Assembly: GCF_002113885.1 (NCBI RefSeq)
Contig: NW_018408349.1
Coordinates: 142,945 to 206,944, forward strand
Origin: Mizuhopecten yessoensis
Taxonomy: Eukaryota
Direction: 5' to 3'
DNA length: 64,000 bases
This document shows positions 60,251-64,000 of this stretch, piece by piece; the stretch's first letter is position 1, and each line of letters begins with the position of its first letter. The position numbers and the translations under genes were made by a program. Below the pieces are notes generated by a model, which worked only from the letters and a program-made list of their open reading frames with translations, did no database searches and was not told the origin of the DNA.

Positions 60251-60448
60251 TCAGTTCTGTTTTAAATATTGGTGATAAATTCTATCTCTTCTCTCCATCG
60301 ATAACACAGGCTTCATGATCTCCCCCACTTCAGTAATTCGGCGTTGAAATCGTTCCCTATCACGGACACATTCCTCCCAGTGTGATTTCCGGTCTTCATC
60401 ATCCAAATCATATACTGTACACAACTGGTCTCCCTCAGCAAAAGTCAC
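60251..60448 (-). CDS. PPP1R15: PPP1R15 (GADD34/CReP-like) terminal coding exon: PP1- and eIF2alpha-binding domain
   Basis: Splices as K|VTF (RVxF motif), followed by R..HWEE..RDRERFQRRI.E....KPVL, the GADD34/ICP34.5 homology domain; acceptor ttgcag. Confidence 0.92.
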   Translation of the reverse strand: MTFAEGDQLCTVYDLDDEDRKSHWEECVRDRERFQRRITEVGEIMKPVLSMERRDRIYHQYLKQN

Positions 60449-60889
60449 CTGCAAGTCAAAAAAAGAACCAATAAAATAGTGTAAAATTTAATGCTTTTGT
60501 AGACATAATAAACATAATGTACAAACTGTTTTTGTTGGTAGGTAGAAATCATTTTTGAAAAATCATTTTAACCAGCTTGATGAAGTCGACCATTTTTGGT
60601 TTAGGTTATAGTAATTAATGTTTGCACCAATATAAGTATTATTTTAACAGCAGCCAAAATGGAAATTTTTACTGCAGCAAGATTTAATTTAAACTAATTG
60701 TCACTGCAGCAATATTTATTTCAAACTATGTCAATCAGCTTACTTGCCTATTCTTACGCTTGATATATGATTGTTCTGTAAAAATTAAAATTTGCGAAAC
60801 TTTCCATGAAATTCCCACTATTTCATATCTAACATCCTTGATCAGCAAAAGATTAACTCGTGTCTGATACCTCATTTTAATGTATGTAC

Positions 60890-62755
60890 CTTAGATTTGG
60901 ATTTTTTCCGTTGACTTATAGAAAAGTTCATGCTCCATTTCAAGTTAACATCCAGTATCTCCTGTTGTCTCTTGTCACTTTCACAACCGTTGGTTGGACT
61001 GGGTTCCTTAGGGGAGTTGGTAGCCATAGGTTGTTTCACAGGACAAAACACATTAAGTTGTAATGGACAGGAGAAAAAGTCCAGCTCATCTACTCCATCA
61101 CTATCTGAAAAATCATCACCACTGTCTTCTGAAAAGTCATCAGACTCACTATCAAAGGACACCAGAAAGGAATGCTGTTGTAATGGACTGACAGGTGAGC
61201 TGTTGGAATTTATGCCAAGTAGAAATGCCACCGTATTGGCAGACCCTGAGTTTTTAGTTGTACCTGATCTCGCAGATGAACCCTTTTCTTTACATTTTTT
61301 TTCCTGTGATCGAGTTTTCTGTTCATTGTTTTTTGCTTGGCAGCTGGGGATTTCGGATAGATCTTCTTTTCTAGCCTTGGAACGCCTTCGCTTCTTTGCT
61401 GATGGACGGCATCCCTTTTTATGACTATTTCTAACTAATAGCACAATTCTTCTTGCATAGTCTTTATCTAAATCGGAAGGCTCACTTTTCTTCTCTGCAC
61501 AATTAGAACTTTGTGGTGACTCTGTATTAGACACTCCAACAGGGATTTTACGATGATCATCTTTTGAGCAAGACTGATGTTCATTTGGCTGAATTTCTGA
61601 TGATGTTCCATTGTCTTTATTTGTAGGTATTAAATCATTTTCCTCAAACATACAGGTCACATGAATCACATTGTCATCTGGTTGGAATATGTCACTTATA
61701 ACGGATGCTTCTCGTTGCAAAGTTTTGTTGTTAATTGACGAATCATTGGATGTTTCTGAGTCTATAGACACTGTCCTCACTCTGAAACCAATTCGCTGAG
61801 GAACGTCTGACCCCCCAATTTCTTCTGACTGATCACATTCAAACCAATCAATAATTTGGACAGATGCTGATTTGTGTCCATTGCTGCCTGCGTCAAGTTC
61901 TTTGCCTTTGGTGGCAGGGACTGTAGATATATCAGGCTTTTCCACTTTAAGTTGCAAGTCTTCACATGACTTTTTCTGACTTGGCATTGCACATTCAATG
62001 TTTATCACAGGCTTGGGAGTTTTATCATTGTCAATGACATTTTTGGAATGCGACAAAGTTTCACTAGTACTATCACTTCTTCTGAGAGGCTCTGTTGTAC
62101 TTTCCAACCTGTCTTGAATGATTAATTTATCATCTTGCAAAATGTTTTCTTGAGTGGGTTTTCTCCAGTTAGAACAATCACTTGGAACTCGGTCAGACGT
62201 GAATGAATATCTAGGTCGACGGCTGTACCTGTGTCCATCCACATGTTGTCCTCTATGAGAAGCCCTATTTGGGTACCTCTGTCCAAGATGGTGACCTGTC
62301 ACTGCTGGGTGGAATCCAGTTTTCTGATGCTGGAAATGCTTGAATTCTGGGGTACAAATGTTTGTAGAGTTTTTCAAATTTGAAAAGGCACAACTATTAG
62401 GCCGGGTTGGTGTTTTCTTGCGACAGCCCCAATGTGGGGCAGAGTATGGTGAGCTATGTGAATTCATAGCTTGTGTTTGGTTAAACTCATTCAATACAAA
62501 ATCACTTTCCATATTCATGGGCATAACGTTCGGTGCACTACTATAATTAATAAAACCTCTTTTAGTCCCATGTAATTTCATAAAAGCAGAGTCAAATAGG
62601 GTAGCCATGTCTGGTATGTATCTATCAGTTGAACAGCTGCCTGATGTAATTTCACCAGTACTGTCTAAACGCAAAAAAACTGGAGTTACGTGACCTTTTT
62701 CAGGTACGGGGTGTTTTTTGTCCTTACACCGCCATTTTGTCCCATATGGATTCAT
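60890..62755 (-). CDS. PPP1R15: PPP1R15 large coding exon (622 codons; full protein ~687 aa)
   Basis: Long Ser/acidic low-complexity ORF ending KSKSK|gtacat, in phase 0 with the terminal exon. Exact start codon uncertain. Confidence 0.85.
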
Positions 62756-62768
62756 AACCCGACACTAA

Positions 62769-63053
62769 TTAGTCATCCCATCCTGATCCGACAGCTTGAT
62801 ACGCGTTAATAACGAACATGTTATCTGAATAAGGGATAAGATAATCACACATTAAAACACTGTCACCCATAGGAGACATAAAGTTATGAAAATACCACTT
62901 ATGTGTATCGGCGAGAGCAGGATTTGTTCGAACAGCGTGTTGGTTACTATCAGTCAGATTAACAAACCTTCTTTTAAAAACACTCTTACAAAAATCTGGC
63001 TTCGTTGAATATGTGGTTGATATCCTTCTGTTTAATTCCGAATTCATCTTCAT
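62769..63053 (-). promoter_or_regulatory. 94-codon upstream ORF ending 13 nt before the PPP1R15 ATG
   Basis: ATG..TAA ORF out of frame with the main ORF; overlapping mini-uORFs ATGGGATGA and ATGACTAATTAG. Confidence 0.55.
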
Positions 63054-63425
63054 ATAACTTCAGTATTCACTGGTTAAAACTGTCGTGTATCATTCTCGTT
63101 CTGTTAATCATATTGTGTTGAAGGTTCATGTTTATTCTAAAAATAGTGTTTTCCCGGAAGTTCGAGAAAAGGAGTAGTTATAGGCATTTTCACATACGCG
63201 TAGCAAAATAGTTCGCATGTAAAGCAACACATAAATGTAAATATATCATGGTTGATATATATTATCGGGTTTGTTCTTTTATTAATTATATGGTGATTTG
63301 TTCCTGTTATTGTAATGATGATAAAAACTCAAATAATTATTATGCAAAGAGGATAGCGCATTAATTCATACTTGCTTATGTTACTTAATTTAGATAATAC
63401 AACCAATGCCAAGGACGTTTGCTTT

Positions 63426-63434
63426 ATTGCATCA
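63426..63434 (-). promoter_or_regulatory. C/EBP-ATF (CARE/AARE) element upstream of PPP1R15
   Basis: Exact ATTGCATCA / TGATGCAAT ~370 bp upstream of the uORF; TGACGT half-site near 63651. Confidence 0.5.
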
Positions 63435-64000
63435 GATATAAAGGCGGATAACTCATAGTATGTATTGCGTTATTCACATTCCGTTTTGTAACTAGCCTTC
63501 ATTTACGTTGTTATAATGTTCCCTTACTTCAGTTTTCACAGCACAAATATAAACGCATTTAAACTATACTGTACAAGTCTTAGTCTGAATGAAATTAGTT
63601 AAAATGGTTTTGTCAATTTTTGGAAAAAAACCGCATTTATATTTAAAAACACGTCATATGTAAATAAATGTATAAAGATTCTGAAAACTACACGTTTTCA
63701 TTATTGACTTCGCACATAGAAATTTAAGGCATTATTAAATGAATATTATGAGAGTCGTTATGCTTAATTAAGATATATATTCATTTATTTTATTAATTAG
63801 AAAACATTAACCGGTATAGATTCTAATTGATAAATTGTTTATTAGTATATTGTAGTATAATTAATTCTAAGCTATAATTTCAAATTTATATGATATCTCA
63901 GTTCGATTTTTCTCGTTTTCAATTCTTTTATGGATCGACTTCTTTCTCGATATTTTTTCGGGCAGACCAGAGACGTATATATATATATATACTTTGGGCA

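Noticed and set aside
60930-61424. + strand 164-aa ORF (also 41051-41329 -, 25357-25704 +)
   Set aside because: Antisense shadows of real coding sequence.

Overview
AT-rich animal genomic DNA from a scaffold with N-gaps; the repeat content suggests a bivalve, probably an oyster (inference). It holds three recognisable host genes. (1) NCAPH2 (condensin II kleisin), + strand, 19 coding exons assembled by hand from 2935 to 21545 (~629 aa), plus a candidate 9-nt microexon. (2) An intronless class B (secretin-like) 7TM receptor with no visible ectodomain, - strand, ~25251-26279. (3) PPP1R15 (GADD34/CReP-like eIF2alpha phosphatase subunit), - strand, 62755-60251, with upstream ORFs and an ATF4-type CARE element. 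The most unusual structure is a set of inverted partial PPP1R15 copies on the + strand. The exon pieces at 41091-41369 and 46029-46280 are 99-100% identical to the gene while their introns and distal UTR are clearly diverged, and a third, ~78% identical exon end lies at 33579-33660. These could encode a ~111-aa minimal PP1/eIF2alpha adaptor or form fold-back dsRNA. NCAPH2 also carries two tandem amplifications of exon/5'-splice-site junctions. The rest is transposon-derived: a LINE with a 2A-like peptide, Tx1 and CR1 fragments, a tRNA-containing TRIM-like element, a hammerhead-like fold-back, MITEs, HINE-like repeats and satellites. All alignments and coordinates were made by eye.
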